A stretch of DNA of 64,000 nucleotides from the human T2T-CHM13v2.0 reference genome, Homo sapiens: assembly GCF_009914755.1 (NCBI RefSeq), contig NC_060932.1; one strand, 5' to 3'. The number at the start of each line of letters is the position of its first letter. Within the stretch, counting starts at the first letter, position 1. The notes under the pieces are model-generated. The model did not search any database. It saw only the letters and a list, made by a program, of their open reading frames with translations, and was not told the DNA's origin. Below are positions 1 to 13,764 of this stretch, piece by piece. A program made the position numbers and the translations under genes.

Positions 1-161
1 GACTACAGGCACACACCACCAGACCCAGCTAACTTTACATTTATTTAAGATGGGGTCTCCCTATATGGCTAGGCTAGTGTCCAACTCCTGGCCTCAAACA
101 GTCCTTCTGCCTCAGCCTCCCAAAGTGTTGGGATTACAGGCATGAGTGACCGTGCCCAGCC
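1..161 (-). mobile_element. AluJ-type, partial at the window edge
   Basis: cctcagcctcccaaagtgttgggattacaggcatgag, antisense Alu left arm. Confidence 0.95.
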
Positions 162-196
162 TGGCTACATACTCTTGATAATCTCATTGGAAAGAT

Positions 197-935
197 TTTT
201 TTAAAACAGCTTTATCAAGATCCAATTCACATACCACACAACTCACCCATTTAAAGAGTACAAATCAATGTGTTTACTATATTCACAGATTTGTGCAATC
301 ATCACCACAGTCAACTCTGGAAACTTTTCATCATCCCCTAAAGAAACCCTATCCCCATTGGCGGTCGCTCCTCTTTTCCCTCCAAACCCCTCAGTCCCTG
401 GCAAACACTAATTTACTTTCTGTTTCTACAGATTTGCCTATTCTGGACATTTCATATAAATGGAATCATAAAATATGTGGTCTTTGTGACTGGCTTCTTG
501 CACTTATCATAATGTTTTCAATGCTCATCCATATTGTAGCATATATCAGAACTTCATTTTTTATTGCTAAATAATATTCCATTGTGTGGATAGGCCACAT
601 TTTATTGATCCATTTATGAGTTCATGGACATTTCAGTTGTTTCTACTTTTTGGCTGTTAGGAATAACACTACTATAAAAATTTATGTACAAGTTTTCATG
701 TAGCTGTTATGTTTCCATTTCTCTTTTCCATTCTACCTAGAGTAGAAATTGTGGGTTATATCGTGACTGTATAACTTTATTTCCAATCTGTTTTCCACAG
801 TGGCCGCACCACTCTACATTCCTACCAGAGCAATGTATGAAGGTTCTAATTTCTCCACATCCTCACCCACACTCATTATTGTTTTTGTGTTTGATTACAG
901 CCATCTTAGTGGGTGTGAAGTGGTAGATTGATTGT
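197..935 (-). mobile_element. Old L1 (L1MB/L1M) 3' end
   Basis: Antisense L1M 3'UTR motifs (cagctttat...tcacccatttaaag; tttgcctattctggacatttcatataaatggaatc). Confidence 0.85.
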
Positions 936-1194
936 GTGACATTTTCTATGGGTTGAATAGATAGCCCAGTCTTTTCTCTAGCATGGTTGATCACAATTTT
1001 ATTATTGACAATTTAGGAAAATCCCACCCTCGCATTTATTACTGATAATAACATTTACACTTTTAATATGTTTTCAAATTTTGGAAGACCTCTCAAGTTT
1101 CTTTCATATATAACTGTAGGATTTCAAGGCATTTCATTTTTTATGCAATGATTAATATTAAATGCTCTTTTTAAAAAAAAAAAATGAGGCATAA

Positions 1195-1320
1195 GGGATC
1201 TTCCTAAGGTGATGCAGGTGTTCTATTTGGGTGATGTTACATTTGTCAAAACTCATAGAATTTTACACTTAAAAGCTGTGCATTGCTCGTATATAAATTT
1301 TACTTCAATAAAAGAAAAAA
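1195..1320 (+). mobile_element. L1M 3' terminal fragment
   Basis: atttgtcaaaactcatagaa...tacttcaataaaag. Confidence 0.7.
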
Positions 1321-1597
1321 CATATAATTTTGAATCAAGAGAAATGTTCCAATAGTCAATTCATTGTTTTAGACTGAAAGCTTAAGAGATATGTAGATGT
1401 GTGTGTACATGAAAGCACGCATGCGCTAATAAATCTGAAGCTGAGAACATCTTGCAAAAGGTAGAGGTGGAGAGCCACTTGGAATTTGTTTGGGCATTAA
1501 AGATAGAGGTGTTGATCCAAAACCAGAGAAAATACTTTTTCTTGAATCAAGTGTGTCTGAACATCAAAAATTTGACTACCCAAGTCTATCCTCATGA

Positions 1598-1907
<310 letters not shown>

Positions 1908-2889
1908 AGAAGATAAGTTTCTTATTCCTGGTGAAAGCTTAGGTAATTTACTTAGCTCTGGAAATAAATGCCAAGCAAAAAAAACAGAGATGGAAGGAAT
2001 CATGAAAACAGATGAGTTCCCCAGGCTTCAGGTTAATGCTTTAAACTTAAAACTCATCAACTCATTTTTTTTTATCTCTATTATGAGTTTTGCCATTTCA
2101 CAGATGTGAGTCATTGCACGTCAAAAAAGAAAAAAACTAAGTATTTTTCCATTGTGATCTATGGCTCACTCCTCTTTATTATCAATTCTCAAGCAATCCA
2201 AGAGTCTTAAAATATGCATTTAAAGGAAAGGGTTTTTATTTTAAATACATAAGCAACTCTAACCTCTACAGTATTTTCAATAAGCGGGCTGCCTACAACT
2301 GCTTAAGTGCACAGATAGGATGCCTTATAGATCATATAATAACTGCATACAAACCACTGATATATTAGAATACAGAACATAAGTGCCAGTCTTATTTATT
2401 TGTTATTGTATTCCTAGCTTCCAGAACTGTGCCTGGTCTGTAGTCGAGGCTCAACAAAAAAATTTTTCAATTAAAATTTGCCACTACCCAATGCAGAAAT
2501 AGTCAACATACCTAAAATCATGATATGCTTGGATTTCAAAAGCTCAAGATGAAGCTGAGAGAATACGTCTGACACAAAATTCACCACGGTACTTGCCTGG
2601 TGGGACTCGACTGAATGCTGAGTGTATGCTGGGTGGGTGAGAGGGATGGGAGACAAGAAGGAAAGAGCAGAAATGTGGTTCATGTCCTTAGGGGTCGGAA
2701 GAGAATGGAGAAAAGAGGAAAACTGAGGAGGGAGTATAGTAAGTGCACAAGAAATGTTAGACCAGAGGGTGGTCCGGGGCATAGGGTAGACTCAGCTCAC
2801 CTTTCCCCCAAGACCCGAATAACTGAGGTTAAGTCTCTATAATAAAGGTTCAGTTTATTTTTTATTATCCTTCTTATGGGTAGTTATTC

Positions 2890-4000
2890 TTTCATTCATT
2901 CATGTGACAAATATTTATCCAACATCTACCATGTGCTAGGTATAGTTTACTGACTCTAGCGGAGCACAAAGCATCCCTTCCCTCATGGAGCTTGGGAAGA
3001 CAGAAAATAAGCAAGATAAGTAAATATATGTGATGTTATATGATGCTGAGTGTCTTGGAGAAAAACAAAACAAGGAAAGGGATAAGGCATAAGCAGTACA
3101 GCGTCAGGAGAGTAGATGATTGCAAAGGATATTGAGAGAAGACTTCACTGAGAGGTGAAATTTGAGTAAACACCTAAAGGAGGTGAGGGGGAAAGCCATG
3201 CAAATATGTAACTATAAGTGCAAAGGCCCTGAGGTCTTGCCTGGCGTGTTTTGAGCACAGCAAGGGGTCAGTGTGCCTAGGGCTGAGTGAGCCAGGTGAA
3301 AGGTATTCAGAGATGTCGTAAGTGGGACCTTATAGGTTGTTGTAAAGACCCTTAACTGCCCTTGGTAGATTTTGAGCAGAGGGGTAGGATGATCGACTTA
3401 GATTTTGCCAGAATCACCCTGTATTATGTATTGGAAGCAAGGAGGTAAATTAGGAGGCTACTACAACAATTCAAGCAGGAGATGATGGTGGCTTGGGCCA
3501 GGGTGGTGGCAAAGAAGGAGGTAAGAAATGTTGAGATTCTGGTCATATTTTGAAGATTGAGCTCACAGAATTTGCTGATGCATGAATGTACATTATAAAA
3601 GAGAGTCAAAGATGACTCAAGGGTTTGGGACTGAACTACCAGAAAAATGGAGTTACATTAACTAACTGGGGAAGACTGTGGAAGTAACAAGATTTAGGAT
3701 GGGAGATCAGGCTGTAATTTTTGGACATGTTAAGTTAGAGTTAACTTTTCAACATTCAGCAGAGGAGTGCCAGGCAAGCCACTGGATATACAAAACCAGA
3801 ATTCAGGGGACAGGTAGGAGTGGGAGCTGTAACAGAGATGATATTTACATCCATGAAACTGAATGAGATCACCAAAGGAGTGGATGGTAAAGAGAAAAGA
3901 GGAGAGCCTAATGCACTGCAATGCTCAGAAATTAGGGAGATGAGTAAGAACATGCAGAGGAATCTGAAACGAGCAGTCAGTGAAGTAGGAGGAAAACAAA
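2890..4000 (-). mobile_element. L2 (L2a-like)
   Basis: Starts ttcattcattcat...aatatttat; typical purine-rich antisense L2 body. Confidence 0.85.
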
Positions 4001-4702
4001 AGAATGTTCTTTAATGGAATATGTTCAGATTATTTTTACATGAAACCTTTTCCTTTCTACAGTTTTCAATCAGCAGTGTCTGCGTTCTGCTCTCTCCCTA
4101 CCTCCTGCAATCATCACTTCTCTTTTTACCAAAACTGTTCTATTATTTTCAGGAAGAATGAAAGAGATAGTGCTATATGCCTGTAATTCTAGCAATCTCA
4201 GTTTGTCTCAAGCTATGTTTTATGCCCAACCCGGTGTTACTAATACTCACTCCCAATTTTTTTTTTGCATAAATAATGACGTCTGGAATTAACTAAAAAG
4301 ACAGATTTGGTCAATATACAGGTTTCCAAGCTGACAGAAATTGATTTATATTTTATTTGCTTTTTTGTTACAAAAAAAAAAAAAACCCATAGCTTCTTGG
4401 AATTGTAAAGAGAAAATCTAATGAAATCCATGTAAGTATCATAACCAGGATTTTGAATAAGTTCCATTCCTGGTTGACCAAAACTATCTGCTGTGATCCT
4501 TTTATTCAGTGGGAGAAACTTTCCCCTGGCATTATGTAAAAACTTTGCAGGCCCAGTTATTCAGCTTACTTGTAGGTCCTCTAAGCATAGTGTCAATTCA
4601 ATAATTAAACTATGCAGTCCTTAGTCTAAACTTGACTTAGCATTAAATCTTCTCCTCTGCTTCAACTGGAAGAGTGCAGTTGTGAAAGGGAGGGTGGATG
4701 AT

Positions 4703-5115
4703 ATATTAATCTATTTGTGTTACTATAAAGGAATACCTGAGACTAGTTACTTTATAAAGAAAAGAGGTTTAATTGGATCAAGGTTCTGCAAGCTGTATAA
4801 GCAGAGCACCAACATCTGCTCAGCTTCTGGCGAGACTCAGGAAGCTTATAACTATTGCAGAAGGTGAAGCAGGGACAGGCATGTCACATTGTGAGAGCAG
4901 GAGAAGGGTTGGGGGGAGGTACCCCACTTTTTAAAACAACCAGATCTCATGTGAACTCAGAGCAAGAACTCACTTATCACCAGGAGGATAGTGCTAAGCC
5001 ATCCATGAGGGATCTGTCCCCATGATTCAATCACCTCCCACCAGGCCACACCTCTGACATTGGGAATCACATTTCAACATGAGATTTGGAGGGGACAAAC
5101 ATCCAAACCATATTA
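4703..5115 (-). mobile_element. MaLR solo LTR (MSTA-like)
   Basis: tactataaaggaatacctgagact...gagatttggaggggacaaacatccaaaccata. Confidence 0.9.
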
Positions 5116-6051
5116 AGTGGGGTCCTCTATTCCAGTTCCTCAGTCCTATGTACCCACTGGAACATTTCTTCCTGCTGAGCCTTGCCCTCTCTCACCCACC
5201 CTACTGGGTGGACCCCAAGAAGATAGACTCCATGCCAACTCTATTGCATGTGGCCCACATCTCTTCCACAAGAGACACTCACACATGCCCCTTGCCTCAG
5301 CAACTCTGGGAGTGTGGGCTGATCCCATCCACATAGCAAGGGCTTCCCTAGTCCCTATCCCAAAGCGGTTGGTCAACCCTCTCACTCTAGGTTTCGTGGG
5401 AAGAAGCAACCTCCATTGGTTTTCTGGAGCATGAGCGAGGCCACCATCTTCAGTGTTTTCCAGGAACCATTTGGGATTTCTCCAACAGGTCTCTTTGAAC
5501 TCCTTTTACTAGGCTTGGGGCTGGAGAGTAGCACCCAGCTCTCTTCCAGTGGAGAGTAGAGCCAGGCAACAGCTGTCATCACCATCTCCTCATGTTCTTC
5601 TCTCATTAGCACTTATTTTTATAGTTTTGATTTGACTGACAAGGGATCCAAGATTGTGGAACAAAGTCTCAGGACCCTTTTTTTTTTTTTTAATCTGTGC
5701 ATGGGGTAGATGTTGTCCCAAATCCACTTGGACGTACTTTGCTGTGTATTACACTGTCACCTCAGTAGCACCCAAGACAGAAGGGGTCCCACTCTACCAT
5801 CTTCTCATACTTCTTAGCTTGAAAGAGTCATAGCATTTTGTTTACTCACTGTAGATATATGTGCTCATAGGATATCAAGTTAATCACCTCCATCATAGAG
5901 TCTTATATTTGAAGGTAATAATTCTGAAAGATGGGAGAGATGTCCTTTGTGGATAGATATTGCTGGAAACAATCCTCCATCCACATCTAGCTCAATCATT
6001 TACAACCACATTGTGAATATTCAGGCACTTTGTATTTCCTATTTCTCACAG

Positions 6052-6210
6052 CTATGCTGTCTAATTCCATAGCTAGTAGACTACGTGGCCAGCCAAATTT
6101 AAATGGATTGAAAGAAAATTAAACTTAAAATTCATTTCTCAGTCTCACTAGCCGTATTTCAAGTGTTCAGTAGCCATAGGTAGTTAGTGGCTACTGAATA
6201 TAGCCACTAT

Positions 6211-6249
<39 letters not shown>

Positions 6250-6616
6250 TTATTTCTTTAGAGACAGGGTCTTGCTCTGTCACCCAGGCTGTAGGGCTGT
6301 GGTGCAGTCATAGATCACTGCAGCCTTGACCTCCTGTGGACTCAAGCAATCCTCCCACCTCAGCCTCCTGAGTAGCTGGAGACTACAGACATGCATTACC
6401 GCACCCCACTGAATATTATTTTAATTTTTTTGTAGATAAAGGTTCTCACTATGTTGCCCAGGCTGGTCTGGAACTCCCGGCCTCAAGTGATCCTCCAGTC
6501 TCAGCCTCCTAAAGAGTTAGGATTCCAGGCATGAGCCACTGAGAATGGCTACTGTATTTAGACATTGCAGCTCTAGAACGTTTCCATGAATACAAAGAAT
6601 TCTATTGACAGCACTG
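6052..6616 (-). mobile_element. MER3 (hAT-Charlie) interrupted by an Alu
   Basis: ctagccgtatttcaagtgttcagtagcca...tctattgacagcactg. Confidence 0.75.
6209..6541 (-). mobile_element. AluJ with (TTTA)n tail
   Basis: Alu dimer; (attt)n at 6209-6253; flanking direct repeat tggctactg. Confidence 0.95.
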
Positions 6617-7282
6617 CTTCACAGTCTTTGGCACATAGGATACACCGGATAAACGACAAATGAAAGTTTGGTCCCAAGGTATCACATACATGATTGCCCT
6701 GATTTAATTTTCTGTGAGTGTAAAGCTTTTTAGCACAGCACTATGCACTGTACTGTACTGACTTGACCATTAAAAACAAAAACCAAACCTTTTCCTAAGT
6801 ACATAGCTGCAGCTGCTTTTCTGTTTCATGCCTGAAAAATTATCTGCATCCTCCCAATCAGAAAATGCTTTATTATCAAAATAATTCCTGTAAACATTTG
6901 AGAAGAAAGTCCCCATTTCCCTCGGAGCACAAATAAATCACTTTTTCCAAATTATTCCAATAATAAAATGTTTTCAAAAGCAATATTTCTATCAAAGGGG
7001 GATTCCATAGAAAACATTCCTTTGCTGAACTAAGCATTTCACTTATAATCTTTTTTCCCAAAGATACGTTATTTCACGTATAACCTGTGGAAATTACCTA
7101 TGCTTGCATGTTTTTAGATTGTAAAAGTACCCTGGAATGTCTCCAAGAGGACAGCAGGGCTTAGAGACACTGCTGCTCTGCAGGGAGTGATGAAGGGAGA
7201 TAATGAAGACCATGCCAGGGGCCTCTGAAATGTTGAATCAGAGTCAGAAGACAGAAGGGGTCCCACTAACTCATTGTCTAAC

Positions 7283-8682
7283 TGTGTGGGATAAAACAAA
7301 ATATATTTGGTCTTTGTCCTGGTTTCTAAAACCCTTGGAATTTCCTGAGTCCTTCATTTTTTATTCATAAAGAAGCCACTTACGATGACACCTGAGCTTA
7401 TGTTAATGAGGTGACTTAGGATGGAGCCCCTAGACTGCCCAAGGATGGAGTTGGTTATCAGAAAGACGACATGATTAGAGGGGTAGAACTTTCAGCCACA
7501 CAACCGACCTCCAGGAAGGGGAGAGGGGGTCTGGAGATTAAGCTCTATAGAAGGTCTTGAACTGGGAGACTTATGAGCTTAGGAGTTGATGAATTCATTG
7601 AGGTGCTGGGAGAGTGGTGTGCCCAGAGAGGGCATGAAAACCCTGAAGCATCCCCAGTCCCCTGTCCTATGCATTCCTTTCATTTGGCTGTTCCCGAGTT
7701 GTAGCTTTTATAGTAAACCAGTAAACGTAAGTAAAGTGTCTGTGAGCCTCAGTTCTGTGAGCTATTCTAGTAAATTATCAATCCTGAGAAAGGGGTCACA
7801 GTGAGACAGGATAGTCATAGCAGAACAGAAAATTCCAAGCAGCAGTCTCATGACTAGCAAAAAGGAGCTGTTGAAAGAGCTGCATATACTAGGGACCAAT
7901 AAGACCCTGAAAAGCAGGATGAGGGCCAAGTTGACTAAGACCAACCAGACTCAACATGGTGCTGGATTTGGCGTAGGTTTCACCTAGGATCTCATTACAC
8001 ACTCATTAACACCCTAAATCACACACCCACTAGTGCCATAATAGTTCATGGAACACCCATATTTGGTGTAAACATGGGTGACACCACAGTTCTGAGAAAT
8101 CTTTATCTTTTTCTAGAAATCTTCATGAATAATCCACCCCTTGGTTAAAGAAACCCATAAAGGTAGAAACTCCAAACCCCGTTGGGCATGACTCACTCTC
8201 TTGAGTACACACACTCACACTCCCCTTTCTTGAGTGTGTCTTTTCACTTTGCCACAAAGCTCCAGACTTTCACTATTTTCTGACTCGTCCTTGAGTTTCT
8301 TGACGGTGTCCTTGAATTTCTTGATGGTGAATTCCTTGACTTGTCCAGGTGTCAAGAGCCTGGGCACTGGCCAGGGTTGAGGTCCTGCCATCATTTGGGG
8401 TTACCTCTCCTACCCCCCAGTATCAATGGGAACCTCTGATTTATGGCCACTTGGTCAGAAGTATTGGTGGCAACCCCAGACTTACTGTTGGCATCTGAAT
8501 TGGGGAAAGTCTTGTGGGATTTTAACTTGCGGGTATGACGCAAATTCCAGGTAGATCATGTCATAATTTCAGGATTCCCAGTTGGCATCTTCAGAGAATT
8601 GGACAATTACTTGGTGTGGTAAAAACCCATACATTTAGTGTCAGAAGTGTAGTGTGAATAGAGAAACTGTTTTCTTTTACCA
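7283..8682 (+). mobile_element. MER21-type LTR split by a nested LTR
   Basis: atatatttggtctttgtcc...acccttggaatttcctgagt; resumes at 8426 and ends near gtgtcagaagtg. Confidence 0.75.
7802..8425 (+). mobile_element. ERV1 solo LTR (LTR19/MER4-group-like) nested in MER21
   Basis: TG...CA termini (tgagacagg...cagtatca) with 4-bp flanks acag/atgg. Confidence 0.75.
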
Positions 8683-8685
8683 TGG

Positions 8686-9054
8686 TGTGTTAGTCTGTTC
8701 CCACACTACCAATAAAGACATACCTGAGACTGGGTAATTTATAAAGGAAAGAGGTTTAATGGACTCACAGTTCCACGTGGCTGGGGAGACCTCACAATCA
8801 TGGCAGAAGACGAAGGAGAAACAAAGTCACATCTTACATGGTAGTAGGCAAGAGCACCTGTGCAGGAGAACTACCCTTTATAAAACCATCAGATATTGTG
8901 AGGCTTATTCACTATCAGGAAAACAGCAAGGGAAAGACCTGCCCCCATGATTCAATTGCCTCCTACTGGGTCCCTCCCACAAAATATGGGAATTATGGAA
9001 GCTACAATTCAAGATGAGATGAGGTTTGGGTGGCGACACAGCCAAACCATATCC
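8686..9054 (-). mobile_element. THE1 solo LTR
   Basis: tgtgttagtctgttc...aataaagacatacctgagactgggtaatttataaaggaaagagg; TSD catgg/catag. Confidence 0.92.
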
Positions 9055-9395
9055 CATAGGACCGTCATATTCTTAGGCTTTCATTTCTTTTCTCTGAATA
9101 GGAAGGATGGCCTTTTTGACTGCCAAATTACAACATTCTAGGATTTAAAGAGCTTTATTAAAAGCAATCTTTATCTCCATAACTCTCAGAGGTTTTTTTT
9201 TGTAAGTTTTCAGTGACAAGGGCTAATCGCAGAAGCTGTCTCTCAGTGTTCTGAATTGTGAATGCAAAAACCTAAGAGAAGTTAGAGCTCTCCAGAAGAC
9301 AGAGACAACACTTTATTTATATATTTACTTTTAGTTTCCAGCACTGGGTATATTGCCTATCATGCAGGAGGCAATTAATAAATATTCACTAAAGG

Positions 9396-9700
9396 AGACC
9401 AGGTGTGGTGGCTCATGCCTATAATCCCAGCACTCTGGGAGGCTGAGGTGGGAAGACAGCTTGAGGCCAGGAGTTCGAGACTAGCCTGAGCAACATAGCA
9501 AGACCACATCTCTACAAAAAAAAAAAAAAAAAAAAAAATGCCAGGCTGTGGCAGCACACACCTATAGTCCCAGCTACTTGGGAGGCTGAGTTGTGAGGAT
9601 CGCTTGAGTCCAGGAGTTTGAAGCTGCAGTGAGCCATGATTACATCACTGCACTCTAGCCCTGGGCCACAGAGCAAGAGCCTGCCCCCCCACCCAAAAAT
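9396..9700 (+). mobile_element. AluJ with an expanded central A-tract
   Basis: Alu dimer inserted in an L2 3' end. Confidence 0.95.
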
Positions 9701-11173
9701 ATATATATATACAAAGAAAGAAAGGAAAATGTTTACTGAATGAATGAGTGAGTGAAAGAATTCTCTCTTCTTATTTTGGGCAAGAATAGTATGTTGTTTA
9801 AGAATTTCTTTGATTTCAGTGGCTCTAAAGAGAGAAATGTTGTAAACATTGTCGACAAAGTTGGTAAGAGGACTGCAAATAGAATTCTCATTGCACAATA
9901 CACGCATTATGAACCCTTACATTGGAAAATCTCTGTACATTTGTTTCTGAAAGGAAGGAAATCTATCAGCTCTCTCTCAATTTTCCTATTAAAGACTCTC
10001 ATTCTGTCAGATCAGAGGTCTCCAAGGGAAAAAAACAAAAAAGAAAAAGAAAAAGAAAAAGACTCTCATTCTGGACATAACTGCTGAGTTACCTGCAAGA
10101 GGTAACACATTTCTAGGGCTGAATTCTGACAGAGTGGAGCTTTTTGAGCCACTTCACTTGTAAGTTCTGGGAACCCAGCTGTTTGGTTTTTTGATTTGTA
10201 TTAATCCACAGTCAGAAACCCCAGAGAAAAATTTTTGCCTTCAAAATCAGCTTTATTGAAATATAATTTCTATAGTGTAAACCTCAACAATTTTGTGTAC
10301 AATTCAATGAGAGTTGACAAATGTATAGAGCTGTGTAAGTTCCACTACAATGAGGATATTTCACCCCCTCCTCATGCTCCCTGCAAAGTTCCACGCCCCT
10401 ATGTCAGCAATCCCATCCCTGTGGATGCTGAGATCAGAGCAACTGCTGACAGAGTTTTAGCTCTCCGTAGTTTTGTCTTTTTTATAATTCTGTATTAATA
10501 GATTCCTATGGTATGAGCTCTTTTGTTTCTGCCCTCTTTCATATAGCATAATGCTTTTGAGATTCATCCATATTTTCACATGGATCTTTAGTCATTCCTC
10601 TTTATTGGACAGTGTTCCATTGTATGGATACATAATTTGTTTTTCCACTCACCAGTTGATGGACATTTGAGTACTGTCCAGTTTTGGCTATTGCAAATAA
10701 AATGCTATGAACATCTATGTTTAATTTTTTGTGTGTACATGTTTGTTCTTGGATAAATACCCTGGAGTGATATTACTGGGACATATGGTTAATGCATGTT
10801 TAACTTAACTTTTTAAAAAATCTGCCAGTTTTCCAAAGTGGCTATGCTATTAACACTGTGTTGCATTCCCATCTGCAATGTATGAGAGTTCCAGCATTCT
10901 ATATTGTGGCCAACATTTGGTATTGTCAACTTTTAAAAAAACATTTAGCTTTCTGAGCATTTCATTGTAGTTTCTCTGGCATATCTTCATGATAAATGAT
11001 ACTGAGCATCCATCCTTTCATGTACTTATTTTCACTTTGTGTGTCTTCTTTCATAAAGTGCCTGTTTCAATCTTTTGCCACCTCTCACACCACCCACCCC
11101 CCGGCCCACCCTTTTTTTTTTTTTTTGGAGTTGGAAGATTGTGAAGATTGTGTAGATTGTGAAGCCAATCTAC

Positions 11174-11331
11174 CTTTTTTTGGAGTTGGAGTCTCTCTCT
11201 GTTGTCCAGGCTGGAGTGCAGTGGCGTGATTGTAACTCACTGCAGCCTCAAGCTATCACTGGGCTCAAGCAATCTTTCTGCCTTGGCTTCCCGAAGCGCT
11301 GGGATTATGGATGTGAGCCATTGTGCCCAAC
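11174..11331 (-). mobile_element. Alu monomer (FRAM-like)
   Basis: Single ~160 bp right-arm-type monomer. Confidence 0.8.
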
Positions 11332-12181
11332 TCCCATTTTTTAAGATGCATTTTTTATACTATTACTGATTTGTAAGAATTCTTTATACATCCTGGATAC
11401 AATTTATGTATCAGATATGTATTTTGTAAATGTTTTCTCCCTGGCTTTGGCTTGCCATTTAGTTTCTTGGGTGTCTTTGAAGAACAAATGTTTTAAATTT
11501 AAATGAAGCCAATCTGCCATTTTTGTTTATGGTTTGTGCTATGTTGTGTCCTGAGATATCTTTCCCTAATGTCATGCCACAAAGATTTTCTTCTATGTTT
11601 GCTTCTAGAATTGTTATAGTTTTAGCTCTTATCTTTACATTTATGAGCCATTATGTGTTAATCTTCATATGTGCTATGAGTTAAGGGTGGAGTTTCCTCT
11701 CTTCCCAGATAGATGTCCTGTTGTTCTAATTCCATTCTTGAAAAGATTATCCTTTTGCATTTACCTTATTGAAAATCAATTGACCATTATATATGTGAAC
11801 TACTTTTGAACTCTCTCTTCCATTTCATTGATCTATGTCTCTATACTTACAATAATGCAAAGTCTTCATTACTAGCTTTATAGTAATATTGAGATCAAGT
11901 AGTGTAAGTATTCTAAATTTGTTCTCCAGTTAAAAATTGTTTTGACTCCTCTAGGTTCTTTGTATGTCCAAATAAATTGAGAATCAATATATTAGTTTCA
12001 TTAAAAATGTCCAGTATGATGTCAATTGGGATGGCACTGAATCTGTAGGTCAGCTTGGAGGGAATTGAAAATCTCAACAATTTGTCTTCTAAAACATGAA
12101 CACTCTATATCCATTTATTTATATTTCCTTTGATTTATTTAAGCAATGTTCTACAGTTTTCAGTGTATAGTACTTGCACAT

Positions 12182-12541
12182 TGTATTTGTCCATTCTCAT
12201 GCTGCTAATAAAGACATACCCGAGACTGGGTGATTTATAAAGGAAAGAGGTTTCATTGAATCACAGTTCAGCATGACTGGGGAGGCCTCAGGAAACTTAC
12301 AATCATGGCGGAAGGGGAAGCAAACATGTCCTTCTTCATATGATGACAGCAAGGAGAAGGGCAGAGCAAAAGTGGGAAAAGCCCCTTATAAAACCATCAG
12401 ATCTTGTGAGAACTCAGTATCAAGAGAACAGCATGAGGGTGAACATCTCCATGACTAAATTACCTCCCAATGGGTTCCTCTTACCACAGGGAACTACAAT
12501 TCAAGATGAGATTTGGGTGGGGACACAGCTAAACCATATCA
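12182..12541 (-). mobile_element. THE1 solo LTR inside L1
   Basis: tgtatttgtccattctcatgctgctaataaagac...aaaccatatca; perfect 5-bp TSD cacat. Confidence 0.95.
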
Positions 12542-13164
12542 CACATATTTTAAGTTTATACCCAAGTATTTTCATGCTTTTTGATGCTACTGTAAATGGG
12601 ATTATTTCATTAATTATTATTTCAAAATTTTCACTAATAAATTTTATTTTTGTATGTCGATCTTGCATTCTGTGACCTTGCTAAACTCACTTATTAGTTC
12701 TACTAGTTTCTAAATTAAAATCTTAATAATGATTTTCTACATAGCTGATCATGACTTTTGTGAATAAAGAGTTTTATTCTCTGTAAAGAGCCTTTTTGCA
12801 CTGGTCAGGAATTTTAATGCAATATGGAATAGTAGTGATAAGAACAGACATCCTTGCTTAGTTTCTGATCTTAGGGGAAAAGCATTTAGTCTTTCCCTAT
12901 TAAGGAGAATGTTAGCTTTTGGTACATGCCTTTTGTCGAGTTGAAGAAGTTCCTGTCCATGCCTAATTTGCTGAAAGTTATTTATCATGAATGGGTATTG
13001 AATTTTGTCAAATCCTGTTTCTGCATCTTTTGAGATACTCATATGATTTTTCTTTTTTATGCTGTAATTTTGGTGAATTACACGATTAGTTTTCAAATAT
13101 TAAACCAAATTTACATCTTGAGATAAACCCTATTTGATCATAATGTACTATTGTATTAGTCTGC

Positions 13165-13521
13165 TGATACAGTTTGGATATTTGTCCCCACCCAAATCTC
13201 GTGTTGAATTGTAATCCCCAGCATTGAAGGTGGGGCCTAGTGGGAGGTGTTTTGATCATGGGGTGAATGATCCATGGCTTGGTGTTGTCTTTCTGATAGT
13301 GAGTTCTCATGAGATATGGTTACTTAAAAGTGTGTGGCACCTCTGCCGACCACACTTTCTCTCTTGCTCTTGCTTTCACTATGTGACTTGTCCTCTCCCC
13401 CTTCACCTTCCACCATGATTGTAAGCTTCCTGAGGCCTCCCTAGAAGCCAAGCAGCTGCCAGCACCAGCTTCCTGTACAGTCTACAGAACTGTGAACCAA
13501 TTAAACCTCTTTTTAATTACC
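13165..13521 (+). mobile_element. MSTA-like LTR, 3' end missing
   Basis: tgatacagtttggatatttgtcccc...aattaaacctcttttt. Confidence 0.88.
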
Positions 13522-13764
13522 GTTTATCATCTATGAATTATCATTTATCCTGTCCATCCCCGTATCAACTTAATTTCTAACCTTCTACCACTCCATTTCT
13601 AGATCATCCAAGGAATTCAATATGGTCTTTGTCACAGCCTTTGAGAGCGATCCTAATTTTGGTTATGAAAAATATACCTGGATAAGCTGCTTTCTCTTTC
13701 AAGTCCCTCTTCTTCAACTCATTTCTAAACGTAACTCCTTGCTATAGAAGATCATAGCAGAAAC

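Larger units (their letters stand above)
10242..13151 (-). mobile_element. Old L1M (3'UTR plus decayed ORF2) with nested FRAM and THE1
   Basis: ORF 12749-13096 contains KNHMSISKDAETGFDKIQYPFM and LNAFPLRSETKQGC, remnants of L1 ORF2 RT (KNHMIISIDAEKAFDKIQ, AFPLRSGTRQGCPLS). Confidence 0.9.

Noticed and set aside
12749-13096. 115-aa ORF with RT-like motifs
   Set aside because: Decayed, frameshifted ORF2 of an old L1M
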